This document shows, in pieces, positions 47,606 to 56,800 of a stretch of 64,000 bases of DNA (positions are counted from its first letter, which is position 1; every line of letters starts with the position of its first letter). Below the pieces are notes generated by a model. That model was given only the letters and a program-made list of their open reading frames with translations. It made no database searches and had not been told where the DNA came from. The position numbers and the translations under genes were made by a program. Location: assembly GCA_041166945.1 (NCBI GenBank), contig JBEEGQ010000183.1, positions 742-64,741 on the forward strand, written 5' to 3'. This DNA is from Verrucomicrobiota bacterium. GTDB taxonomy: Bacteria; Verrucomicrobiota; Verrucomicrobiia; Limisphaerales; JADJPG01.

Positions 47606-49921
47606 ATGCCGGCGGCTCAGCGTCGACAAAACATCAACCGCTCGCTCCACCATCCTGGCACTTTCCTTGCCGCCCGCGCTTTCCTGCCGGTCCTCCTCAT
47701 GCTGGCACTGGTGAACCGGGCTCATGCCGCGGCTGCCGTGTCGTTTCGCAACGACGTCATGGCGGTTCTGTCGAAGGCCGGATGCAACGCGGGTGCGTGC
47801 CACGGCAACCGAAGCGGCAAGGGCGGTTTCAAGCTCTCGTTGCGCGGGGAGGATCCCGATGCCGACTATGCCGTTCTTGTCCAGGGTCTCGCCGGGCGAC
47901 GGATCAATTTCAATGACCCGGATGACAGCCTTCTGCTGTTGAAGCCGACCACCGCGGTGCCGCACGAGGGCCAGCTTCGGCTCCAGCCGGGATCGCTCGA
48001 ATATAAATTGCTTCAGCGTTGGATCGCGGACCGCGCCCCCGACGATTTGGAGCGCGCTCCGAAACTGGCGCGCATCGAGGTCTCCCCGGCTGCCGAGGTC
48101 CTTTATGCCCCGCGCGATCACACACAAATCAAAGTCACGGCCCACTACGCGGATGGGTCGAAACGGGACGTGACGGCGCTCGCCTGCTTCGAAAGCGTGA
48201 ATACGCTGGTGGACGTCTCCCGCCAGGGCCTTGTGGCCAGCAAATCTCCGGGCGAGACGACGGTCCTGGTCCGTTACCTGAATCAGCAGGTGCCGGTGAG
48301 CCTCGCGTTCGTGCCCGAGCGCCCGCGGTTTCGTCGCGGTCAAAATCCGCCCGCCAACAACTTCATCGACCGCCACCTTTTTGCACGGATGCGCACGCTG
48401 CGGCTGAATGCCGCGGCGCTCTGTCCAGACGAAGTTTTTTGCCGCCGCGTGCATCTCGACCTTTTGGGAATCCTTCCCACGGCGGATGAGGCGCGCGCGT
48501 TTGTTGCCGACGACCGCGCGGACAAACGGTCGAGGCTGGTCGATGCGCTGCTGGCGCGACCGGAGTTTTCGGAATTCTGGGCGCTCAAATGGCTCGACCT
48601 TCTGCACGCGGATGAACGGACGCTCGATGCGAAGGGCCTTCGCGGGTTTCATGAATGGATCCGCGGCAGCATCGCGGGGGGCAAGCCACTGGATCAGTTT
48701 GCCCGTGAATTGCTCGCCTCCCGTGGCAGCACCTATGCCGAACCGGCCGCGAATTATTATCGCGCGTTGCGCACGCCCGTGGAGCGCGCGGAGGCGGCGG
48801 CGCAGGTTTTCCTCGGAACACGCCTGCAATGCGCCCAATGCCATAACCATCCGTACGAACGCTGGACCCAGGATGACTATCACGATTGGACCGGCCTGTT
48901 TGCCCGGGTGAATTACAAGGTCCTCGAGAACAAACGCCGCGATAACAACGACAGCCACGAGTTCATCGGCGAACAAATTGTTTTTCTCACCAACAACGCC
49001 ACCCATCTCAATCCCCGCACCAGCACCGCCGCCGTGCCGCGATTCCTGGGAGAAATAACGGCGGTGACGGGGCTTCCCTTGCGCTCAGGAACAGGCGCGA
49101 ACGCGACACAGCCGGATGAATTGGAGAAACTCAGCGTCTGGCTGACGCGTCCCGGCAATCCGCTCTTCGCTCGCGCCCAAGTGAATCGAATCTGGTTTCA
49201 TCTTATGGGACGCGGGCTTGTCGAGCCGGTGGACGATTTTCGCGCCACGAATCCCGCGTCGCATCCGGCGTTGCTCGAGGCGCTGACCGCGGAATTCCTC
49301 CGTTCCAAATTTGACCTGCGCCACGTTGTCCGGCTGATTGCGAATTCGCGTGCCTACCAGCTCGACTCGACACCGGCCCCCGGGAGTGAGGACGATCGTC
49401 TCAACTATTCGCACGTGCTGGTGCGGCGCCTGGGGGCGGAGCAACTTTTGGATTGCGAAAGCCAGGTCGCTGCGGTGCCTCTCGAATTCAAGGGTTGGCC
49501 TGTCGGCACCCGCGCCGCCCAGCTCCCATCGGTGCGCGTCCAAGCCGCGGTCGCCCGGCGCAAAGTCGGCCAACTGGACCTGTTCCTGCGCGCGTTTGGC
49601 AAACCCCCGCGACAACTGGCAACGGAATGCGAGCGGTCCTGTGAGCCGGCGATGGGCCAGGCATTCCAACTCATCAGCGGCCCGACAACGCAGGAGTTTA
49701 TCAACGACCCTGACAACCGCCTGGGAACACTCCTCCGTTCGAATCGAACGGATCGCGAAAAGATCGAAGAACTTTTTTGGACGGCCCTGACTCGTCCACC
49801 GACGGCCGCGGAGCACGAGCGCCTGGCGACTCTTCTCTCGAAGGCATCGGACAAGCGGCCAGTTTTCGAGGACTTGCTCTGGGCGCTCCTGAACTCGAAG
49901 GAGTTCATCCTGCGGCGTTGA
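47606..49921 (+). CDS. DUF1549 (PSCyt2) / DUF1553 domain protein
   Basis: Signal peptide. FRNDVMAVLSKAGCNAGACHGNRSGKGGFKLSLRG. FLGTRLQCAQCHNHPYERWTQDDY matches the DUF1549 CxxCH-like motif. The C-terminus is DUF1553-like. Antisense ORF 47273-49006 is a shadow. Confidence 0.85.
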   Translation: MPAAQRRQNINRSLHHPGTFLAARAFLPVLLMLALVNRAHAAAAVSFRNDVMAVLSKAGCNAGACHGNRSGKGGFKLSLRGEDPDADYAVLVQGLAGRRINFNDPDDSLLLLKPTTAVPHEGQLRLQPGSLEYKLLQRWIADRAPDDLERAPKLARIEVSPAAEVLYAPRDHTQIKVTAHYADGSKRDVTALACFESVNTLVDVSRQGLVASKSPGETTVLVRYLNQQVPVSLAFVPERPRFRRGQNPPANNFIDRHLFARMRTLRLNAAALCPDEVFCRRVHLDLLGILPTADEARAFVADDRADKRSRLVDALLARPEFSEFWALKWLDLLHADERTLDAKGLRGFHEWIRGSIAGGKPLDQFARELLASRGSTYAEPAANYYRALRTPVERAEAAAQVFLGTRLQCAQCHNHPYERWTQDDYHDWTGLFARVNYKVLENKRRDNNDSHEFIGEQIVFLTNNATHLNPRTSTAAVPRFLGEITAVTGLPLRSGTGANATQPDELEKLSVWLTRPGNPLFARAQVNRIWFHLMGRGLVEPVDDFRATNPASHPALLEALTAEFLRSKFDLRHVVRLIANSRAYQLDSTPAPGSEDDRLNYSHVLVRRLGAEQLLDCESQVAAVPLEFKGWPVGTRAAQLPSVRVQAAVARRKVGQLDLFLRAFGKPPRQLATECERSCEPAMGQAFQLISGPTTQEFINDPDNRLGTLLRSNRTDREKIEELFWTALTRPPTAAEHERLATLLSKASDKRPVFEDLLWALLNSKEFILRR

Positions 49922-50031
49922 GACCTTCCTGCAGCGCTGTCCTTTTCGTCGTCGTCTCCTGTCGCAACCGGCGCGTCGTTTTAGTTTCTCTTTTGTCACC
50001 TTTTTGTCGCTGCTCCAATTACGCCCTGTGG

Positions 50032-51297
50032 TTAAACCAGGGCGGTGGGCGCGGGAGGGGATGAGGGAAGGAGTTGATACCAGTTGTCGCGCTGGCGGGG
50101 TTGGTATCCCAGGTCCCGGATCAGCCGTTGCATGTCCGCCACGCCCATCCGAAATGTTGTTCCCGCCTGGCTCACCACATTCTCCTCGATCATGATGCTC
50201 CCCAAATCGTTGGCTCCATGTTTCAAGGCGATTTGGCCAATTTCCTGTCCTTGCGTCACCCACGAGCTTTGGATGTTCGGGATGTTATCGAGGTAAATGC
50301 GGGAGAGTGCCTGCATGCGCAGGTATTCATGCGCCCCCACCGTCGGCGCCTTCAACACGGTGTTCTCCGACTGAAAGGTCCATGCGATGAACGCCGTGAA
50401 TGCCCCGCCGCTCATCACCGATGGGAGCGCGGTGGTCAGGCCGGAATGGCCGCTGCTCGAAATCGACCCGTCCGGCAGCTCGGGAATCGTTTCCGTTGGG
50501 CGGGTCGGCGACGAAGCCATCCGCGCCAGCGATTTGTCCTGTTGCCGGCGCACCACATCGAGATGTTCGATCCGTTCCTCGACGGTTTCGACATGACCGA
50601 ACATCATTGTCGCCGTGCTGGCCAGGCCGAGACGATGCGCGGCATCCATCACTCCCATCCAATCAGCGGTCATTGCTTTGAGCGGGGCGATGCGCTGGCG
50701 GACGCGGTCGACGAGAATTTCACCGCCACCCCCTGGCACCGAGCCCAAGCCGGCCTTCATGAAATCGCGCAGGACCTGTTCGACCGGTTCGCCGAAAAAC
50801 TCCTGGAACGCGACGAATTCGCTCGGGCTGAAACCATGGATGTTAATCTGCGGAAACTTCGTTTTGAGATGCGACAGGAGGTCGAGATACCATTGCTTGC
50901 CGAGCTCTGGATGGTGCCCGCCCTGCATCAGGATCTGGGTGCCGCCCAGTGCGATGGTCTCCTCAATCTTCCTGTCCATCTCGTCGTGCGACACAACGTA
51001 GGCGTCGGCATCCTTTTCGGTCCGGTAAAACGCGCAAAACTTGCAATAGACATTGCAGACATTGGTGTAATTGACGTTGCGATCGATGATGTAGGTGACC
51101 ACCTCGTTGCCGCGTCCCCGGTAATCCGGCCCCTTCGCCAACTCGCGCCGACGATGTGCCAAAGCGCCCAAATCCTCGAGCGGCAGCGAATACAGACGAA
51201 GCGCCTCGACGGGGCTGATGCGGACGCCATTCCAAACGCCCTGTAACAAACCATCGAGTGACGCATCGTGAACCACGGATTGAATGTACCGGCGCAC
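50032..51297 (-). CDS. mqnC: Radical-SAM menaquinone (futalosine pathway) enzyme, MqnC-like
   Basis: VTYIIDRNVNYTNVCNVYCKFCAFYR carries the CxxxCxxC radical-SAM cluster. Also GGTQILMQGGHHP, IHGFSPSEF and FTAFIAWTFQSENT. The choice between MqnC and MqnE is made from memory of family consensus. Confidence 0.65.
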   Translation of the reverse strand: MRRYIQSVVHDASLDGLLQGVWNGVRISPVEALRLYSLPLEDLGALAHRRRELAKGPDYRGRGNEVVTYIIDRNVNYTNVCNVYCKFCAFYRTEKDADAYVVSHDEMDRKIEETIALGGTQILMQGGHHPELGKQWYLDLLSHLKTKFPQINIHGFSPSEFVAFQEFFGEPVEQVLRDFMKAGLGSVPGGGGEILVDRVRQRIAPLKAMTADWMGVMDAAHRLGLASTATMMFGHVETVEERIEHLDVVRRQQDKSLARMASSPTRPTETIPELPDGSISSSGHSGLTTALPSVMSGGAFTAFIAWTFQSENTVLKAPTVGAHEYLRMQALSRIYLDNIPNIQSSWVTQGQEIGQIALKHGANDLGSIMIEENVVSQAGTTFRMGVADMQRLIRDLGYQPRQRDNWYQLLPSSPPAPTALV

Positions 51298-51333
51298 GAA
51301 GGAAAGGGCAACGCCTGTGCGCAGTTCTTCGCG

Positions 51334-51954
51334 TCACTTCACCGGAGCGAAGCCCGTTATTTCAGGTCGGCCCTCCTCGATGATCACGTGCCGATCCGCC
51401 GCGATGGCTTTTATCTCCTGCACCAACCCGCTGGGCCACGTGACGGTCAGGGTGTCCACCTTTGACGCGGTACCGAGACCAAAATGGACATGGGCCGGGC
51501 CCTGGGCTTTGAATCCATTGTAAGGATACAATTCGCGAACGATCCGGCCGCCGTTCAAATGCGCGACCAGCCGGGCTCCAATGCCCAGACGATTGCTTTT
51601 GACGCCGCGCAATGAGACGTCGAGCCAATGGGCGGCTGGCAGCCGGTTTTCGAAGACGAGGAGGGTGCCCCCGCCCGCCTGGCGAACAATCAAATCCTCC
51701 ATTCCATCACCGTTCAAATCGGAGGCGACCACCGAACGCGCATCGCCATCGCTGTCAGCGCCGCCGGTGAGGCCAGAGATCTCGAAAAATTCCTTGCCGC
51801 CGGAATTGAGATAAACCCTGTTTCGTTCGTAACCGGACAGGCTTTTGCCTTTGGCGGCGATTTGCCATGGGTTTTCGACCCACCAGTCCTTCAGCCGCGC
51901 ATCCGGAGCGAGCGGCGACGGGCAGATGGCCATCCGATCGAAAGGCTGTGACAC
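51334..51954 (-). CDS. ASPIC/UnbV-domain fragment (C-terminal part of a CRTAC1-family gene, in frame with 51976-53736)
   Basis: NGDGMEDLIV is an FG-GAP motif. SNRLGIGARLVAHLNGGRIVRELYPYNGFKAQGPAHVHFGLG is the ASPIC/UnbV motif. It has a GTG start and sits in the same reading frame as the upstream ORF, separated by one TGA plus 7 codons. Confidence 0.6.
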   Translation of the reverse strand: MSQPFDRMAICPSPLAPDARLKDWWVENPWQIAAKGKSLSGYERNRVYLNSGGKEFFEISGLTGGADSDGDARSVVASDLNGDGMEDLIVRQAGGGTLLVFENRLPAAHWLDVSLRGVKSNRLGIGARLVAHLNGGRIVRELYPYNGFKAQGPAHVHFGLGTASKVDTLTVTWPSGLVQEIKAIAADRHVIIEEGRPEITGFAPVK

Positions 51955-51975
51955 GACAGCCTGCCAGAGGCATGG

Positions 51976-53736
51976 TCAACCGTCTGGTTCCTCCTTGTTG
52001 ACGCTCATGAACCCTGCGGTCGCGTAGAGGTCGAGCAGGCCGTCGTTGTCCAAATCGAAAAACGCCGTCCCGTAAGCCCAGCCGACGGCATGGACCCGAG
52101 CGGCCCTACCAGACCGGGTGAATTTGAGCCCTCCGTCGTTGTGGTACAGCTCGCTGCCGGTGACGAACCGTTTCATTTTTGCAAAAACCTCGGCGCTGTA
52201 GGAGGCCTGCGACAGATTCTCCATGATACGGCGGCCCGCCTTGCTGTACATGTTCGCGGTGTAAATATCGATTTGGCCGTCGTTGTCGTAGTCGCCGACC
52301 GCCAAGCCCATTGATCCAAAATCCCCGGTGTCATCCCGCAACGACATCTCACGGAATGTTCCGTCGCCCTTGTTGACGAGCAGGACGCCGCCGCCAAATT
52401 CGTTGATGACATAGATGTCCGGCCAATTGTCATTGTTGGCGTCCAGCCATGCGGAGGTAAAAACGGAACGGCGACCCGCCTGGGCGTTCGCGCGAGCGGA
52501 CACCTCCTCAAACTTCCAGCCCCCCAGATTATGCCAGAGCTGGTTGCCCGGTCCTCCAGGTCCGTCGATCCAGGAATTGGTGCCCGTGTATTTGCCCACG
52601 CCATCATTGCGGCTCACATAGATGTCGAGTTTCCCGTCGCGATCATAATCGCCGAGGGAAAAACCGCTCACACCGGGCCCAAACGGTATGCGCGCTCTCT
52701 CGGAAATATCCTCAAAACGGCATGCTCCCAGGTTCCTGTAGATGCGGGTCGCGGTGATGAGATCCACGAGGCCGTCGCCGTCGAAATCGCCCCAGGCGGC
52801 GTTGAGCACGCCACGCAACGTTGGCGAAAGCCCCGACTGCCTCGTGAAATCCTCGAACTTGCCAGCGGGGCCGCCTCGATAGAAAAAGAGCCCGCGCATA
52901 TCGGTGACCAGAAGATCATCATGGCCGTCGTTGTCCACATCCGCCAGGAACAGGCCGCCGGTGACGATCGGCCGCCGCTCGGGCGGAGTGTTCCAGTTAT
53001 CCTGGAACAACGAGCGATCGATCCCCCAAGCCAGGCCGGTTTCTGTAAAGAGGTCGCGCGCGGCGACGGCTTCCTGTAGCTCCACGACATGGCAATTGCG
53101 AATCCAACCGGGCTGCGTGGCGATCTCGTCCGCATCCGGCACTGTGGCGAGTTCAAATTCCATTTTTGCCAGCAACTCCGCGTTGCCCCCGACGACACAC
53201 GGTCCAACCATGCGAAGCGCGCAACTGCCCTGCCACGCGCCATCCAGTTCGGTGCGTTTTACGGGAACCAAATTCATCAACGCCAGTTCCACCTTCGTGG
53301 CGTCACGAAAACGACCGCGTGTGGCTACCAGGAATTTGGCGAACGCCTCGGGGCCGCAGCTTGCCGGTTTTGCGCCCCGGTCAGCCGCCGTCAACCTCCG
53401 AATCTTCAAGGAGGCGCTCGACGGCCCTTTACCCTCCTCGATGGCCAGCGTGGATCCCTGGAAGTTTGTAGTGAGAAAAAATGCCACCTTCTCCCAACTG
53501 CCGGTCTGAATCGCCTTGGAGAGGGCCGGCCATCCGCGTCTCGTCAACACCAGCCCGCGCTGCTCGATGTTCGCGATGAAAACCCGCTCGGGTTCCGGCA
53601 GGGCCATTGTGGAACTCTCCAACGAGGCGGGCGCTGCCTCAACTGTCAGCAATCCCCCATGGCTCGACAGAGCCAGGAACAGCAACAGACCCAAACTGCC
53701 GCGCGCTGACCAAGGCGATGGCGAGGGTTGAAACAT
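51976..53736 (-). CDS. FG-GAP/VCBS-repeat protein (N-terminal part of a CRTAC1-family gene)
   Basis: From ATG at 53736: MFQPSPSPWSARGSLGLLLFLALSSHG (signal). Repeated DxDGDGxxDL motifs occur (DVDNDGHDDLLV, DFDGDGLVDLI, DYDRDGKLDIYV, DYDNDGQIDIY, DLDNDGLLDLY). It ends at TGA 51978-51976. Confidence 0.75.
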   Translation of the reverse strand: MFQPSPSPWSARGSLGLLLFLALSSHGGLLTVEAAPASLESSTMALPEPERVFIANIEQRGLVLTRRGWPALSKAIQTGSWEKVAFFLTTNFQGSTLAIEEGKGPSSASLKIRRLTAADRGAKPASCGPEAFAKFLVATRGRFRDATKVELALMNLVPVKRTELDGAWQGSCALRMVGPCVVGGNAELLAKMEFELATVPDADEIATQPGWIRNCHVVELQEAVAARDLFTETGLAWGIDRSLFQDNWNTPPERRPIVTGGLFLADVDNDGHDDLLVTDMRGLFFYRGGPAGKFEDFTRQSGLSPTLRGVLNAAWGDFDGDGLVDLITATRIYRNLGACRFEDISERARIPFGPGVSGFSLGDYDRDGKLDIYVSRNDGVGKYTGTNSWIDGPGGPGNQLWHNLGGWKFEEVSARANAQAGRRSVFTSAWLDANNDNWPDIYVINEFGGGVLLVNKGDGTFREMSLRDDTGDFGSMGLAVGDYDNDGQIDIYTANMYSKAGRRIMENLSQASYSAEVFAKMKRFVTGSELYHNDGGLKFTRSGRAARVHAVGWAYGTAFFDLDNDGLLDLYATAGFMSVNKEEPDG

Positions 53737-53816
53737 GGTGGGATGACGTTGCCGAGAATGGGTCGCAGCCGATCGAAAGTCAAGATTTGGGCCTCGTTCA
53801 ATCAGCGCGGCGGCAA

Positions 53817-56800
53817 TTAGCGGACATGCACAACACTGCCGGAGACATCGATGGTCACTTCGCGGGCGCCGGCAGGAATGGCGCTGCTGGTGGATTTGCC
53901 ACCCGGCCAGCACACCTTCAGGGTATCGGGCGGCACCGGCGAGCCCAGCACCTGCACTGCGGCGTCCTGCGACCAATAACCCGAGCCTGCATGCAACTCG
54001 CGAGCGGGCCCCAGCCGTCCTGCGGTGGCAGCGCGCAATACCGAACCGATGCCGTCCGGATTTCCGGCCGGCCCATGCAAACGCACCCGAAGTCCATGCG
54101 CGCCGCCGGTGTTGTGGAGCAGCCGGGTCTCGGCGTTGTTTTGCGTGACCACCAAATCCACGCGCCCATCGCCATCGTAATCACATGCCGCTGCACCACG
54201 TTGTTCCCCATAAATCAGCACGCCCGAATCCTGTCCGCGCAACGCCGCAAAGCCCCCATTGCCATCTCCGCGCAAAAGCAGCCCGCGGCCCGCGTCGAGC
54301 CGTGAAACATCGGAGGGGACTGCGAATAGATTTTGGCTCAGAAAAATGTCCTCGCGCCCATCGCCGTCAAAATCCTGCGCGCAAACCGCGAATGCCATGG
54401 TGAACTGGGCTTCGTTGGGAAGTGCAACGGCCAGAAAATGGTCGCCACGATTGAGGAACAACGTGGTTTCCAAACATACGGCCCGAAGTTCCTTCAACTC
54501 TTTCCACCCTTCTCCATAAATCTCCGGAAGCGTCCGGCGCGCATAATTGTCGAAGGTTCCGACAGTGTCGCGCAACGAAGGCATCACGACGTTCATCAGG
54601 TGAAATGGTTGAACCGGCCAGAGCCGGCGCGTTGCGGGATCCTCGAAGCCTTCAATCGCCAGCACGCCAGCCCCGGAAACCAGCTCCCCGTAGAACAGAT
54701 GCAGGGGCCTGGCGCGAAACCGCTCGTACTTTGTGTTGCGGCCGGCGTTGCAGGCGACGATGTCCAGGCGCCCATCGCCGTCGAAATCACCGGTCGTCAC
54801 CCCGTTCCACAAGCCGCGCAGATCATTGAGCGTGCGCACCTCGTCGGAGCCGTGAAACATGGGAGCGCTATTCGTCGAACTGCTCTGGATTCTCACGGGA
54901 GCATTCCAAGGGACCAGTTTGCCCCGGACATTGCGAAAAATCTTCAGCGGCCCCCATTCACAAGCCAGGATCAACTCGGACATTCCATCCCCATCGAGAT
55001 CACTAAAAACAGCGCCGGAGACAAGCCCGACGCCTGCGAGCGTTTTGGTGTTTTCCATATCCTCTTCGAAACCCGCCTCTGTGCCACGAAACATTGCGGA
55101 AGAGGCATTTTCGGGAAAGCGGCGCGCGTTGACTCTGCCGCCCACAAATAAATCGAGTTGTCCGTCCCCATTCAAATCGGCAAGTGCCAGGGGACCGGGT
55201 TTCGACGGCAGGTCCCGAATAGCGTCGAAAACCGTGCCCGCGGCCAGATCGAATTGCCTGATGCTGTTGCTCCCACGCAAACCGATCTCGTCGATGGACG
55301 ACCCCGCCAACACCATGGTCGGGCCACCTTTCGCGTGCCAGCCCAGGACAGTGGATTGATTGCCAGGGGAAGGCGTATCGAGAGGAGGGCCGATGACCCG
55401 TGCGAAGCCGCCCTGGGCGTCGTTGTGAAACAGTGCAAGAACTCCTCCTTTGCCCGTTCCTACAATCAAATCATCCCATCCATCGCCGTCGACATCGAAC
55501 CAGGCGACGCCGGGCCCGAGCTGGCTGAACCGGTGAGGCAACGTCGGTTGCACCCCAAAATCATCAGAGACGTTCTCCTGATGCGAATGCTGCAGCAAGC
55601 GACTGGCATCGGTGAACAATGGCTTCGAGGGACCGCCGGCGTTCTGTGCAGTGACGCTCGGCATGGGCGTAACGACCTTGGGTGAGGGACGCTGTTCCTC
55701 GATTTCATAAAGTCTGTTGGCGTGGAGTCCGGTCAACACGCTCCGTTGACCGCTGCGCCACCCGACCTGGACAGTCAATTCATTCGTGATCGAGCCCGCC
55801 GCGAAAACGCGCATGGCATCATCGCTTGACAGATATCTTCCGCCGCAAATCATTTCCTGGCTTTGGAGAACCGGCCCGCCCAGCACCCGGATTTTTGCGC
55901 CAATGCCCCGCGTGTTGGGCGGGATGCCCTTCAATCGAATGGCGATGCGCGGAGCATTCGATTCATTGCGATAGAGGACGGCCGCACCGTTGAGATTGTT
56001 GACGATGACATCAAGGTCACCGTCGTTGTCCAGATCGGCGAGCGCCATCCCTTGGGAGACAGCGCGATCATGGAATCCCCATCGCTCGCTGATTTCTTCG
56101 AACGTCAAATCGCCACGGTTTCGAAATGCGAGATTCGCCGTGTCTAGTCGCGGCAGCGCCTTGCGAAGATGCAATTGTTCCAGCGCAGAAAGTTTTTGTT
56201 TTCGCTTGGATGCCTCAATTTGCTGAAGGACGTCGGCGTTCATCCCGTCCCGTTCGAAACCGTTCGAGACCAGGAGATCCTCGAATCCATCCAGATCGAC
56301 ATCCAGAAAGATGGGCGTCCAGCTCCATTCGCTGGAGTCGAGCCCGGCCAACCGGGCTATCTGAGCCCAGGTTCCATCGCCGCGATTCAAAAAAAGCGTG
56401 TTATGGGGATACTGCGGGCGATTTTGGATTGCGCCCGGGAGGAGGAGTTCGGATTCGATGTCGACGCGCTGGGTCAAACGGTGGAGATGCTCGCGACTCA
56501 GCATGTCGACCACTAAAAAATCATCCCAGCCATCCCGGTTGATGTCGGCAAAATCGATTCCCATCGAACTCTGGCTCGTCTGTCGCAACGCCAGGGCTGG
56601 GGCGGCGCGAAATCGGCCGCGTCCGTTGTTCAGCCAAAGCCGATCGGGCGATTTGAAATCATTGCACACATAAATGTCGGGCGTCCCGTCCCCGTTCACA
56701 TCGCGAAACATGACCGAGAGTCCCCAATCCAGAGATGGGCCGGTTAGCGCTTCTCCCTTGTCATCCAGAAATGTGCCATCGGTCCACGAGAGCGGTGTGA

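Noticed and set aside
51943-51978. Selenocysteine recoding of the in-frame TGA (SECIS-like hairpin).
   Set aside because: The hairpin has only a 7-bp stem and no recognisable SECIS apical-loop features. Its loop contains the alternative GTG start. No Sec machinery is visible here. Nonsense mutation or a split gene is more parsimonious. It is reported as a low-probability alternative under the main finding.
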